Program-made: the position numbers and the translations under genes
In this document: positions 52,112-64,000 of the stretch, piece after piece
How the letters are laid out: each line of letters begins with the position of its first letter
Numbering within the stretch: position 1 is the first letter of the stretch
Source: Octopus sinensis
Taxonomy: Eukaryota
Length of the DNA: 64,000 nt
Direction: 5' to 3'
Assembly: GCF_006345805.1 (NCBI RefSeq)
Contig: NC_042997.1
Location: forward strand, 139,004,001 to 139,068,000
The notes under the pieces: model-generated
The model's input: only the letters and a program-made list of their open reading frames with translations
The model's database searches: none
What the model was told of the DNA's origin: nothing

Positions 52112-52660
52112 GATATATATATATATCATCTGTCTATACACACACATACGCACATACATGCAAAAAGACGCACACTCATATTCTACAGCGAGACTGACCA
52201 TGTGAATAAATGTCTTTTGGGGGGTATTTTGCATTATTTTATCTCTTCCCCTTACCTCTCTGTTTTTATTTCTCTATTCTTTTTCTATTTTCTTTTCAAA
52301 ACGCTGGTTTAGGCTTACATCTGTCGTATAAGTTGACACCGTTGGCTCATATATTTGATAATCATCTCTCAACAATCATTCCTACCGATGGTATTGTACA
52401 TTGTTGTAGTATTATCCACATACGCCTCAATAAGGTAACGTCTGATAGCATCTTGACACGAAAGCTGATTATGTTATGCAAAGTCTTCCACCGAAATGTG
52501 ATATAATCGACATTTTCAGTCCCATCTTCTGTGGATTAACGACATCTCAACCTGTCTTTTCTTCGTATATATGTACTTGACATTCTATCTCTCTCTCTCT
52601 TTCTCTCGCTCTTTCACACTCTCTCTTTTTTTCTGATACACACACACACACACACACACA

Positions 52661-52750
<90 letters not shown>

Positions 52751-52764
52751 CGAAGTGGAAATAA

Positions 52765-54282
52765 TTGTTTGTCAATTTCAGTAGGGAAGAATGGAAAAAC
52801 CTACGTGACCAACAACTGGACAAAAACCTTACCATCAAAGAAGCCGACAAAGGGAGCGCTGTGGTCGACAACACACACTACCGTCAAAAATGTGGTATTG
52901 CGACACCACAATCATACAACACCTCAGTCTACTATCAACAGATCCAAAAATGAAAAACATTATAAATACACACAAAATCCTCAAATGTAAAAAGCAACAC
53001 AAATCTTTAAAAAAACTCTTGACAAATGCCAAATTTCACACACCACATCCACCCCCAGCAGTTAAAAAATGTGCACACCCAAACTGTGACACCTGCCCCT
53101 TCCTACTTGAAGGCTCTGAATTTATCTTCAAACAAGGAACGAAGTTTAAAATCAAAACCAACTTCTCCTGTTCCTCCGAGAACCTTATCTACGTTCTCAC
53201 ATGCGCTGGTTGCCAACATAATTATGTTGGACAAACGAGCCTCCCGTTACGTAAAAGAGTAGCGGTGCATAAAGAACAAATAAATCTCCCGGAATACTGG
53301 CAAATCCCACTGAGTGACCACATAGACTCATGCGCTAAAGACAAAAATCCCAAATTCTACATATTCCCCTTCTACCAATGTAAAGACGGAATCACCACAC
53401 AGGAGAGAATTAACAAGGAGAATATCTTTATTCAAAACGCATCTTAATATGCAAACTCCTCGTTGATCATACTTCTTTTTTCTACCTCATTCTTCATGGA
53501 TGGACTAACACAAATATATAAGGATACCATGCAGTCATCATCTCAAGCTAAAACTTATATTCTTTAAATATCATTATTATTATTGTTGTTATTATTATTA
53601 TTATTTTTATTATATATGACATAACAATCTGAAATGTAATTATAAATTGGTTTATGCAAATTTATATAATTAGAAAACAATATAAATAAAGTGTTAAAAT
53701 CTGAATGTTAAGTTAGCAAACAATTATATAAAAAAGATAATGCAAATGAAGCTAAAATGATAATTTTATAATTTAAGGTTTATTAACACCCTTTATTACA
53801 AAAAATTGATAAACACAAATTGAAGAGCTTAAAACCCATAGAGTTGTCTCCCCTTATTCACAACACAGGAACTGGACTACTACTACTTCCTGTTTTGCCA
53901 TGCACTTAAGAGACACCCTTAATTAAATTAAACAACACATGGATTTAATTCCATTGGATCTCAATACTTCAAGGTAATTTGAACAATCATTAAACTCAAG
54001 ATGCACAAAGACTTTACAATGTATCGGAGTACCTATTTTTTAATTTTTGTATATATTTATTTTTATTTTTTTGCAAAAAACAATGTAATTTTCTTTTTTC
54101 CCCCTCCTCACTCTTAAAAAAAATTCTTTTCTTTACAATTCTTGAAAAGTCACATTATGACGAAAACCGGTTTGAATTAATATATATATATTTTATCAAT
54201 TTTTCAAAAACTTTTCCATACACCCATTTTCATTAAAATTTTCTTTCAATTTAGCATTTTGCCTTTTTACAATTTTTCCTTG

Positions 54283-54290
<8 letters not shown>
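52765..54290 (+). mobile_element. Penelope-like element (Neptune-like GIY-YIG EN) with no RT domain visible, plus 3' non-coding region
   Basis: ORF 52765-52953 [10 protein letters not shown]...IKEADKGSAVV (PLE N-terminal motif); ORF 52890-53447 CAHPNCDTC, FSCSSENLIYVLTCAGCQHNYVGQTSLPLRKRVAVH, PLSDH; degenerate hammerhead-like motif at 54137-54178; (TA)n on both sides. Confidence 0.85.
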
Positions 54291-54334
<44 letters not shown>

Positions 54335-54743
54335 GTAATATTCGTAGCCATTCGAACGGACACTATTGCGATTTTTTAACCCCAAGAGCTCTAGCTAGTT
54401 AACGATGCACAGTTGCATCCGATAAAATTGCGAGCAGGGGACCGAACCCCTACAATCTCCTAGTGACAGACCCAGTAGACCTGTCCTGGTTTCGGGCTAT
54501 TTCTGCCACTCCTCAGTACAGATAGACTATCTAGTACTGAGGAGTACTGAAACAGCCTAAAATCAGGACTGGTCTGTTGGTCCCATCGCTAGGAGATGGT
54601 AGAGGTTCTCTCCCCTGCTCACAATTTTATCTGATGCAGCTGTGCATCATTAACCAGCTAGAGGAGATGTCCTCTTGGGGTTAAAAAACTGTAGTAGAGT
54701 CCACTCAAATGGACAGCCATGATAAAGTGGCTACTAATATTAC
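54335..54743. mobile_element. Foldback/MITE-like imperfect palindrome (~409 bp)
   Basis: Ends gtaatattcgtagcca / tggctactaatattac; centre ctcctcagtac-agatagactatct-agtactgaggag; arms pair loosely throughout; flanked by (TA)n. Confidence 0.8.
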
Positions 54744-54789
54744 TTATATATATATATATATAAGCAAAAATAAATCTCTGACGACAATG

Positions 54790-54925
54790 TGAGGTATACT
54801 AGCCATCTCAATATGGCTAACCACTAAGGGTGGGTGTTACTGTAACTTGTAGCCCCTGGAGGCTACAAGCTACAGTAACACCCACCCTTAGTGGTTAGCC
54901 ATATTGAGATGGCTAGTATACCTCA
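54790..54925. repeat. 136-bp near-perfect palindrome (65-bp arms, 6-nt loop)
   Basis: tgaggtatactagcc...cttgtagcc-cctgga-ggctacaag...ggctagtatacctca, one mismatch. Confidence 0.92.
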
Positions 54926-54946
54926 TACACACACACACACACACAC

Positions 54947-54996
<50 letters not shown>

Positions 54997-55039
54997 AATA
55001 CATGCATACATACATACATACATATATATATATATATAT

Positions 55040-55310
55040 GGACCGGGCTGCGTGTTGTGTTCTTGAGCAAGACACTTTATTTCACGTCGCTCCAGTTCAC
55101 TCAGCTGTAGAAATGAGTTGCGACGTCACAGGTGCCAATCTGTATCGGCCTTTGCCTTCCCTTGGAAAACATCGGTGACGTGGAGAGGGGAGGCCGGTAT
55201 GCATGGGCGACTGCTGGTCTTCCATAAACAACCTTGCCCAGACTTGTGCCTTAGAGGGTAACTCTCTAGGTGCAAACCCATGGTCAGTGTCTGACCGAAG
55301 GGGGTCACCA
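55040..55310 (+). mobile_element. SINE family C copy, 5'-truncated
   Basis: Aligns to 57385-57716 (gaccgggctgcgtgttgtgttcttgagcaagacacttt...). Confidence 0.8.
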
Positions 55311-55322
55311 TATATATATATA

Positions 55323-55404
<82 letters not shown>

Positions 55405-55406
<2 letters not shown>

Positions 55407-55720
55407 AACGATAAACGTCGCCCTTTTCAAGCCTAGCCAGGCTCATGGGCCCGGTTTCCCGGTTTCTGTGGTGTATGTGTACCCCCCAGCTGGGCGGGAT
55501 GCCAATCCATCGCAGCGTTACTCAAGAAACAGGAAGAGAGAATGAGAGAAAGTTGTGGCGAAAGAGTACAACAGTCCCCCCACTCCTGCCGGAGCCCCTC
55601 GTGGAGCTTTTTTAGGTGTTTTCGCTCAATAAACACACAAAACGCCCGATCTGGGAATCGAAACCGCGATCCTTCGACCGTGAGTCCCTTTGCCCTAATC
55701 ACTGGGCCATTGCGCCTCCA
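55405..55720 (-). mobile_element. tRNA-derived SINE, a further family
   Basis: Minus-strand head ggaggcgcaatggcccagtgattagggc...ggtttcgattccc. Confidence 0.6.
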
Positions 55721-55911
55721 CCATACATATATACATATACATATATATATATATATATGTATATGTCTCATATACATGTATATATATATATCACCGTCAC
55801 CGTGACCGACCAGGCTATCAGATGTTGCTACACATCGCTGGTCACAATGCGCTTCGCTTTATTTTAGCCTTCAAATGACGCCACCCCGTTGGCTAAGCGA
55901 GCAGACCAGTA

Positions 55912-55966
<55 letters not shown>

Positions 55967-56062
55967 GTGTGTGTAAAAGCAAGCGCACTGACACGCAGAC
56001 GCAAACATTCATATATGACAAATGACAGATAGATTACACACACACACACACACACACACACA

Positions 56063-56109
<47 letters not shown>

Positions 56110-56165
56110 GATAGGTAGATAGATAGATAGATAGATAGATATACATACACTTATATACATATACG

Positions 56166-56213
<48 letters not shown>

Positions 56214-57286
56214 ATATATATATATACGCATATACATATATATACACAGACATCCATACATAAATACAAACATTCATTCACTAAAGCACACACACACACA
56301 CAGGTGAAGTTTATCAATATATTAGACTGGTTGGCTGAGTATCAGTTTGATTATGTAGCTAGACAGACATGTAAATCAGACAGGTAGATAGGTGGTTGTG
56401 CGGACGAGTACATAGATGTCAGATAGACAGACGGGTTGGGTACGATGGGGACGTCTAGAACGAAGATGTTGGTGGTTGTGGTGGTGGTGATAGAATGACC
56501 CTAAACCTTAAGATATACGATACGATAACGTTATAGATCTAAACATATATCCTTTATCATTCGAGGGATATTGTATCTAAAGTTGTTGATGATATATAGT
56601 CGAAAGAGATAGATTGAGAGAGACAGAGAGGGAGAGATAGACAGAGAGAGACAAAGAGATGTATGTATGTATGTATGTATGTATGTATGTATGTATGTAT
56701 GTATGTATGTATATATGTAATGTCTGCGCTTTTGTAGTCCTATTATGCGCTCTACGAGTGTCATAGATCCTTGCATGAGATATCTTGAAATGGAGATCAG
56801 TTCAACTCAATTATCATTCTGGTGTACCTAGGACAATCATGAACATCGCACAGACTTTTTTGTGCCATTGAAATCGATACACGTCTATGTGTATGTGTGT
56901 GTGTGAGTAGGTGTATATGTGCAATTTCATATTACACGCTATGTGTATGGTCTATGTGTAAGTGGATATAACGTGTATGTTGCCGGTGTCTGTGTTGATG
57001 TGTCAATTGATATCACATGTCACATGAATGTATTCGTAATTGTATGTGTATGTGTGTGTGCGTATGTGTATGTATGCGTCTGTGTGTGTGTGTGTGCGTG
57101 CGTACATAAGTTGTTGTTACACACGTTACTTACGTATGTATGTATGTATGTATGTATGTATGTATGTATGTATGTGCGTGCGTGTGCGTATGTGTGAATC
57201 TAAATTACTTTACATGAATATGTGTGTAAGTTGACGTTGCCTGTTGCATGTATATGTGTGTTTGCAAGTTTTTGCTTTACACGTTG

Positions 57287-57716
<430 letters not shown>

Positions 57717-57961
57717 CCAGATATATATATCAATGTAAGTTGCATAAACACACACATATATACACATATTCTCTTATAAGTATGTGTGTGTGTGTGTGTG
57801 TGTCTTGGTGTCAAAAGATACATGTATAAGCTGCAATTCAGTGCTACATGTGTTTTAGTGAATGTCTCACGTTATATTATATTTTACTATGCCATGCGAC
57901 ATCGGTCATGCTGGAACAACATCGTGAAAATATCATTTTCTAACAGTATCTCCCCCCTCCC

Positions 57962-58032
57962 ACCCCCAGTAAGGATTGAACTCGCAAACCCTGGTTTACA
58001 AGACCAGTGCTCTAAACACTGAGCTGCATGTT
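57962..58032 (-). pseudogene. tRNA-Thr(TGT)-like pseudogene or SINE head
   Basis: Minus strand gcagctcagtgtttagagcactggtcTTGTAAaccagggtttgcgagttcaatccttactggggg closely follows eukaryotic tRNA-Thr(UGU); acceptor stem does not pair. Confidence 0.65.
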
Positions 58033-58064
58033 ACGTATAGACACTTGTTAGCTGATTTTATATA

Positions 58065-58554
58065 CCGTAAATCCTCGAGTATAATCCGCTTTTTTCCCAA
58101 AAAATTTAAAGGTCAAAATCCCTAGTGCGTATAATACACGAAAATAATGATAATTATTTTCTAAGAAATGTCCGAGTCTCTATTTGCTGTCCGGCAATGT
58201 TTATTCAGACGCATTTTGTGATATCGGGCGCGAAAATACCTTAAGCTAAGCCTGAAAGCAATGAAGTCATAAAAGAATCATCCATAACTTGCAGAAAGCA
58301 ATATTTATTGTTACTGTTATTTCTTTACTTTCTGCAAACAAAATGCACAAAAATGCTTGCATTATGTTATATATACAATAATAATAAAGGATGTTACCGT
58401 ATGCATTTTTTACAAACCAAGGACGTTATATAGACCTCTTTGACTCAAGTTAGAGAAGGGGTGCGTATTATACACAAGGTTTTTCATTGGTACAGCCCCC
58501 TAAAAATCCTCTGCGTATTATACTCAAAGGCGCACTATATTCGAGGATCTACGG
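58065..58554. mobile_element. Non-autonomous TA-flanked DNA transposon (pogo/Tc2-like MITE, 490 bp)
   Basis: TA|CCGTAAATCCTCGAGTATAAT ... CTATATTCGAGGATCTACGG|TA; internal gcgtatta-type subterminal repeats. Confidence 0.8.
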
Positions 58555-60294
58555 TACGAAATGTATGTGTGTACTTTAAAAGTTGACGTTACATATTAAG
58601 AATATATGTTTCTGTAAATCGATGATTCATGGTACACGTACGTGTACTTGTGCAGGTTGCTGTTACATGTTTGGTAAAGCAGAGGGTGGCAGAGATGCCT
58701 TATAGCTGTCATAGACCAACTCCGCGTTTCTTGTCTTTCATATCCATAATTGATTTTGTACCTTATTTACATCAGGAAAAAACACAGTTAGAGGACCTAA
58801 CTGAGAAGTCTGTACATGGTTATTAAGATCAGCAAGAAACGGTAGTTAAATGTTCATTAAATCACAACCAGCCAACTTAGAAATAGAAATCTTGTTCAAC
58901 GACCAGGACCACGAAGACCACATCGTAAATCTTAAGGACGACTGATGATTTGTGTGGCAACTTTGTTTGAAACGTAGGATGGTTGTGCACCGTTAACCTC
59001 ACTCTATCGTCTGTGGCCATCTTCACCCCAGTCACAAAACCAAGTCAGGACGACTGGAGGTGGAACTGGATGTAGTAGATAACAAAGATGTCTTACTTGC
59101 CTCATCTTACCGTCTGCATTCCACAATGCATTGCTACAGCTGCCTTCCCCTCTGTTGAACCTTAGTGTTTTCTTCCACAGATTCCGCCGGATCTAGTCTT
59201 CATATACATAGATAGGCAAGTCCTAATATGCTAATTAACCTGTATCTGGAACCATGACAGGGACTACTTCTATACTACGGTGAGAGTAAACCTGGGGACT
59301 ATAATAGTTAACATGTTCGTCGCTACGTACTGAGTTCAACTTCCGCCGAGGTCAGCTTTACTTTTCATCCTTTCAGGGTTGATAAAATAAGTACCAGCTG
59401 AACACTGGGGGTAGATGTAATCGACTAAACCCGTTCCCAGAAATTCCTGGCATTGTGTCGAAATATGAAACCAATAATAGCTAAAAGGTGGTTCTAGACT
59501 CCTCAAAGCCCAGAAACCCCCACCAGGGCCACGCTACCAGATGCAGTTTAAGATAGAAAATGAGGAATAGAAATAACACATTGAAGAATGGTAGTCCTAG
59601 ATATAACAAAAACCGGAATGATCACGACTGAAAAACCTTTGATCGTCTGTCTGAATGATAAAAGCTTTTTCTATTGACTTCAATATGTACTGGCATGACA
59701 AGAGACGCTTCGTACAAGGTGTTAATTATAGATTTTCTGTAGTACTGTTTCAATGATTATGCCTTTCAAAGCTAAAAATATAGAAGTGAAACCACTACCT
59801 TCCTCAGACAATTCTGCAGTCGCTCGAGGTTTTCATTTTCACCTAATCGTTTCGATCGAGATTTCCAACCGTAATTTCTTGCATGAATCAGTCTGGGAGA
59901 TGCCAGTATCAACCCGCTAACCCGATCCTAGTACCTGGCCTGGGATTAAGCAAAAACAACAAGAGTCGTCTAAGTTTTGAGTTTCATTGTAACCACATAG
60001 AAATCAGAATTTCAAGTTTATTTCCAATGTAATTATTTCATATAGCAGTAATATGTTGATTGGGGTTTCGATTCGGAGTAATTCGTTCAGAAGCTAGTAT
60101 ACTCGTACATCTCAGGAATAGGAAAACCAGTAAAGAAACGCATTTATTTTTGCTGCATATACTGTATAACAACTGTTTTCTGGCTTTATTCAAAGAAGAT
60201 TCAGTTTGTAGTACGGGCACGGAGACACATACATACACACGCACATACACACACACACGCACACACTCTCTCGCCACATGTGTTTGTTTGTGTG

Positions 60295-60520
60295 TATTTT
60301 TAGCTTTCGTTTGTTTCAGTCGTTTGATTGCGACCATGCTGGGGCACCGTCTAGAACAGTTTTTGATCGAAGAAATTGGCCCTAGGACTTATTTTTTGCA
60401 GCCTAGTATTTATTCTATCGGTCCCTTTTTCCGAACCGCTAAGTTATGGATAGGTAAACACACTAACACCGGTTATCAAGCGGTGGCGGGGGACAAAAAC
60501 GCAGTCGCACCCACACATAC
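60295..60520 (-). mobile_element. SINE family A 3' half
   Basis: tgtttcagtcgtttgattgcgaccatgctggg ... caagcggtgg. Confidence 0.65.
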
Positions 60521-60532
60521 ACAGACACACAT

Positions 60533-60566
<34 letters not shown>

Positions 60567-60803
60567 TATATATATATATACTAGCCCCATGACAATATTT
60601 TCACATTTGATTCCCTTGCTTAGTAAATAATGCTTTCATTATTTTATCACAGTCATAATCTCTCTCTTTTAAACAAACATCATGGTAGTCCAATAACAGA
60701 GGGAGAAGCAATTTGTCAAGTTTTACATTCCTCTCAAAGTAACATATAGGTTACAATTCAGCAGCCCATCAGTAAGCTTTGCAGTGTTTGTGTGTTTGTG
60801 TGT

Positions 60804-60844
<41 letters not shown>

Positions 60845-61364
60845 GTGTGAAGAGAACATTGCAAATCATGAATGAAATAAAGATGAAATGAAAAAATCGT
60901 ATAAATAAAAGAGCATTAATACAGATGTATACGCCCCCGACTTTCTTGTCTCATAACATCTAGAAAAATGGATTCTTTTAAACAAAATTTACTACAAATA
61001 CCGCTTAGACGTTGTGGCTTCAGAGTATATAGGGATTTATGGGAAAAAAAAATTGCGCTGGGATGGAGAGGGGAATTTTGGAAAATTTACACGACCTGAT
61101 TTTTTTCCTCGTAACTTTCAGGAAAATAGGTATCTTTTATTGAAAATTTATACAAATCCCTTTCGAACGGTATAGATTATGATTATAAAGAAATTTGTGA
61201 GGAAATTTTTTTCGGGGATTTTCCCCGTTTGTTTAAACCACAGCCTTCGATATGATGGAGTGCGGTGGCATCTTTGTATGAAAAAAGTGTTCAAAACTCT
61301 TCTTTCTTACAACCCCCTCCCTCAACATCCCACTCCGGACTTATTTTGACCAATTTTTTTTTGC

Positions 61365-62425
61365 ACTTCAAACCTATGAGAAGAGCATTTTCGGCAAAAT
61401 CTTTTTATAAAACTGTTAATATTTTCAGAGGGAAAATTGAGTGATTTAAGGGCGATTTGGCTGTTGTTTCTAGCACATCCAAAGACAACCCTCCTCGTTT
61501 CTTTATCACTCTCGCATGTATTGATGTTTTTCAATATTTTTTTTCCATAAATACATTTATATGCAATAAAAAAGAAAATTTGAGAAATTATGGATTTTTT
61601 GCAACCCTACTCCCTGCCCCTGATTGTTTCTGTTTAGAAATTAAAATATTGGACAGCCTTAGAAGGTCATTGCTGGCATTTATCCACAGTGATTTTAAAA
61701 AATTTGCGGAGATATACTTGCATAGCAAGTGACTTGATCTGAGTGTACTGAAACAAAAACAACTGCAGCGTGGAAGATGTTTGTATGCCATTCAAGAACA
61801 CAAAAACAGTTTCACTTCAACATTTAAATTTCCTTTGTGTGAAAATATTCTCATCGCTTTGAAACCGTGACAAAACTCCACAAAAGTGATGCAGCACGAA
61901 GTTTTGTCAGTGAGGTCACGGTTTCAAAGCGATGAAAATATTTTCACACAAATGAAATTTAAATGTTGAAGTGAAACTGTTTTTGTGTGTTCTTGAATGG
62001 CTTACAAACATCTTCCACGCTGCAATTGTTACTGATCGAAAAAGTGTTATGTAAAGGATAATTCATTCTAATAACATACTTTTCGGTTAGAAAATGCTTT
62101 TTTCTTACACACACACACACACACATATGGCTTCGCTTGATTCAAGTGGGGGTAAAAATTTAGATTACAAATTATTTTGTTTTTCTTCCACCAATGGTAC
62201 ACGCGTGTGTTACTTCAGCATCATCATTCCATAAATGTGTTTCATGGGAGAAAAATAATGAAAAAAAACATCAATACATGTGCGAGTGAAAAGAGAGGGT
62301 GGTTTGGGTTGTACTAGAAACAACAGCGAAACCGCCTTTGAATTGTTCACCTTTTCCTCTGAAAATATTTACAATTTGTTTTGCTTTTTTACCGAAAAGG
62401 TTTCTCCTATGGTTTCTAAGTTAAA
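61365..62425. repeat. Nested inverted-repeat (foldback-like) structure
   Basis: Inner arms 61758-61871 / 61915-62030 (about 4 substitutions and one 2-bp indel); diverged outer arms ~61365-61562 / ~62230-62425 (visible as homologous opposite-strand ORFs 61322-61534 and 62280-62576). Confidence 0.8.
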
Positions 62426-62455
62426 AATAAGAATAGCCACAATCGGTCTGGATAC

Positions 62456-62715
62456 AGCGAGAGTAAAGAATACGCACGCCCGGTGTTTAAGGTTAAGGTT
62501 AGGGTTCGAGTTTAGGGTTAGGGGCGAAGGTAAAGAATACGCACACACGGTGTTTAGGGTTAGGGTTCAGGTTTAGAGTTAGAGATTTTGTTACGCCGAA
62601 AACGGGTGGTGCACGTATTCTTTACCTTTGCCGGGTTAGGGTTTAGGGTTAGGTTTAGGGTTACGGCTAGGTTTACGCCGAAAATGGTTGGTGTGCGTAT
62701 TCTTTACCTCCGCCC
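62456..62715. mobile_element. MITE-like element with internal TTAGGG-like repeats
   Basis: gtaaagaatacgcac twice forward (62463, 62530) and twice inverted (~62610, ~62692), with ttaggg/tttaggg tracts between. Confidence 0.6.
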
Positions 62716-63136
62716 AGGATAGTTATTATTGTAAGGTTTATAGCGTTCCAAACAGCCATAACAACAAAATCACATTAAATTTTTTTACAAAAAATATAAG
62801 GTTATTTTAAAAAAATTTCATCAGTAAATAATATTTTTTACATTACGTATACATTAATAGAACAAACTGTCGACTTTACAAATAACGAATTAAAACTTGA
62901 AATAAAAACATTAAAAGAGAAAGTGGGAGACTTTGCAAATGAAAATGGAATACTCCACAGTGAATGCAATGAATATTTAAATTTGTGAGAAATTAGAGTT
63001 TAAAAATTCAATAAACTTGAGAAATCGAAATTATAGGAATTTCTTAGAACATGAATTTATAAAAGTATTTCCAGACGGTCAACTCTTTAATAATAGAGCT
63101 TTCTCCATTATAGTATAGAAGACACACACACACCCA

Positions 63137-63204
<68 letters not shown>

Positions 63205-63424
63205 AAGAGCATAAAGATTCAAGTTTTTAAAAGAATTTACTTGAATATGGTACCTAACTTAGATGCCCCAAAAAAAAAAACTATACTGTATTAACAATAC
63301 AGTAATGTGGGGATTATAAGCGAGAAGAAGCAACAAGATTCTTGTTGCTTCTTTCTCCTTATATATATATATATATATAATATATATACAAGATAAGAAA
63401 ATGGAGAAATACATCTAAATCAAA

Positions 63425-63620
63425 TATACAACCCCTATCTCAATTTGTATATATATATATATATACGAATATACGACGGGCTTTTTCAAGTTTCCTTCTA
63501 CCAAATCCACTCACAAGGCTTTAGTAGGAGACACTCGCCCAAGATGCCACGCAGTAAGACTGAACCTAGAACTATGTGTTTGGGAAGCAAACGTCCTACT
63601 ACACAGTCTGTCTGCGCCTA
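63425..63620 (-). mobile_element. SINE family A 5' half (degraded)
   Basis: tacgacgggctttttcaagtttcc.tctaccaaatccactcacaaggcttt ... gactgaacctagaac. Confidence 0.6.
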
Positions 63621-64000
63621 TTATATATACACTCTATAATAATCAAGGATAAAATCTATATAGGATTTGATCAAGTAGCCAGCATGTAAAAACCAATCCA
63701 GGTAAAAATTAATACAAAGTATTTAATTTTATAAATATAATTATAAAATTATAAGGGCACCTACCATGTCATGCCACATGTGTCTGTGTGCGTCTGTAAA
63801 TAGGGAGAGAAATGCACTTGACACGCAAGTGACGAAGATGCACGTAAAATACTTATTACATATCAATATCTGTTTGTCAGTGTGTACGCGTGTATAAACA
63901 AGAAAATTCCGTTATAGGAAATATAGCAGTAGTCCCTTCAACAGTTTGTGCCGATAATATCGGATAAATAATTACTAAAATATGACATAACGATAATTGA

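Noticed and set aside
58942-58976. CTGATGA...GAAACGTA hammerhead-like match
   Set aside because: The intervening tttgtgtggcaactttgttt cannot form stem II next to the cores, and no stem I pairing is seen.

Overview
Eukaryotic, AT-rich, repeat-dominated window with one 100-N scaffold gap (39446-39545). The SINE families and microsatellite style look like octopus/coleoid cephalopod DNA (inference from recalled repeat families, not a search). I find no confidently supported host protein-coding gene; nearly all listed ORFs are microsatellite translation artefacts. Supported content: two decayed RTE-type LINEs (one near full length with three C-terminal C2H2-like fingers); three maT-like (DD37D) and one rosa-like (DD41D) Tc1/mariner relics; a probable Tigger/pogo relic; two Penelope-like (PLE) GIY-YIG endonuclease relics; many tRNA-derived SINE copies; several MITEs; a tandem pair of ~555-bp elements set in (TAA)n; and a ~1.14-kb tandem duplication. 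The most interesting signals are (i) several short (TA)n-associated elements carrying PLE-type minimal hammerhead-ribozyme-like motifs, in the same window as PLE relics that show no RT domain, and (ii) many palindromes, led by a 629-bp near-perfect one at 16219-16847. All coordinates and alignments were read by eye; boundaries of decayed elements are approximate.
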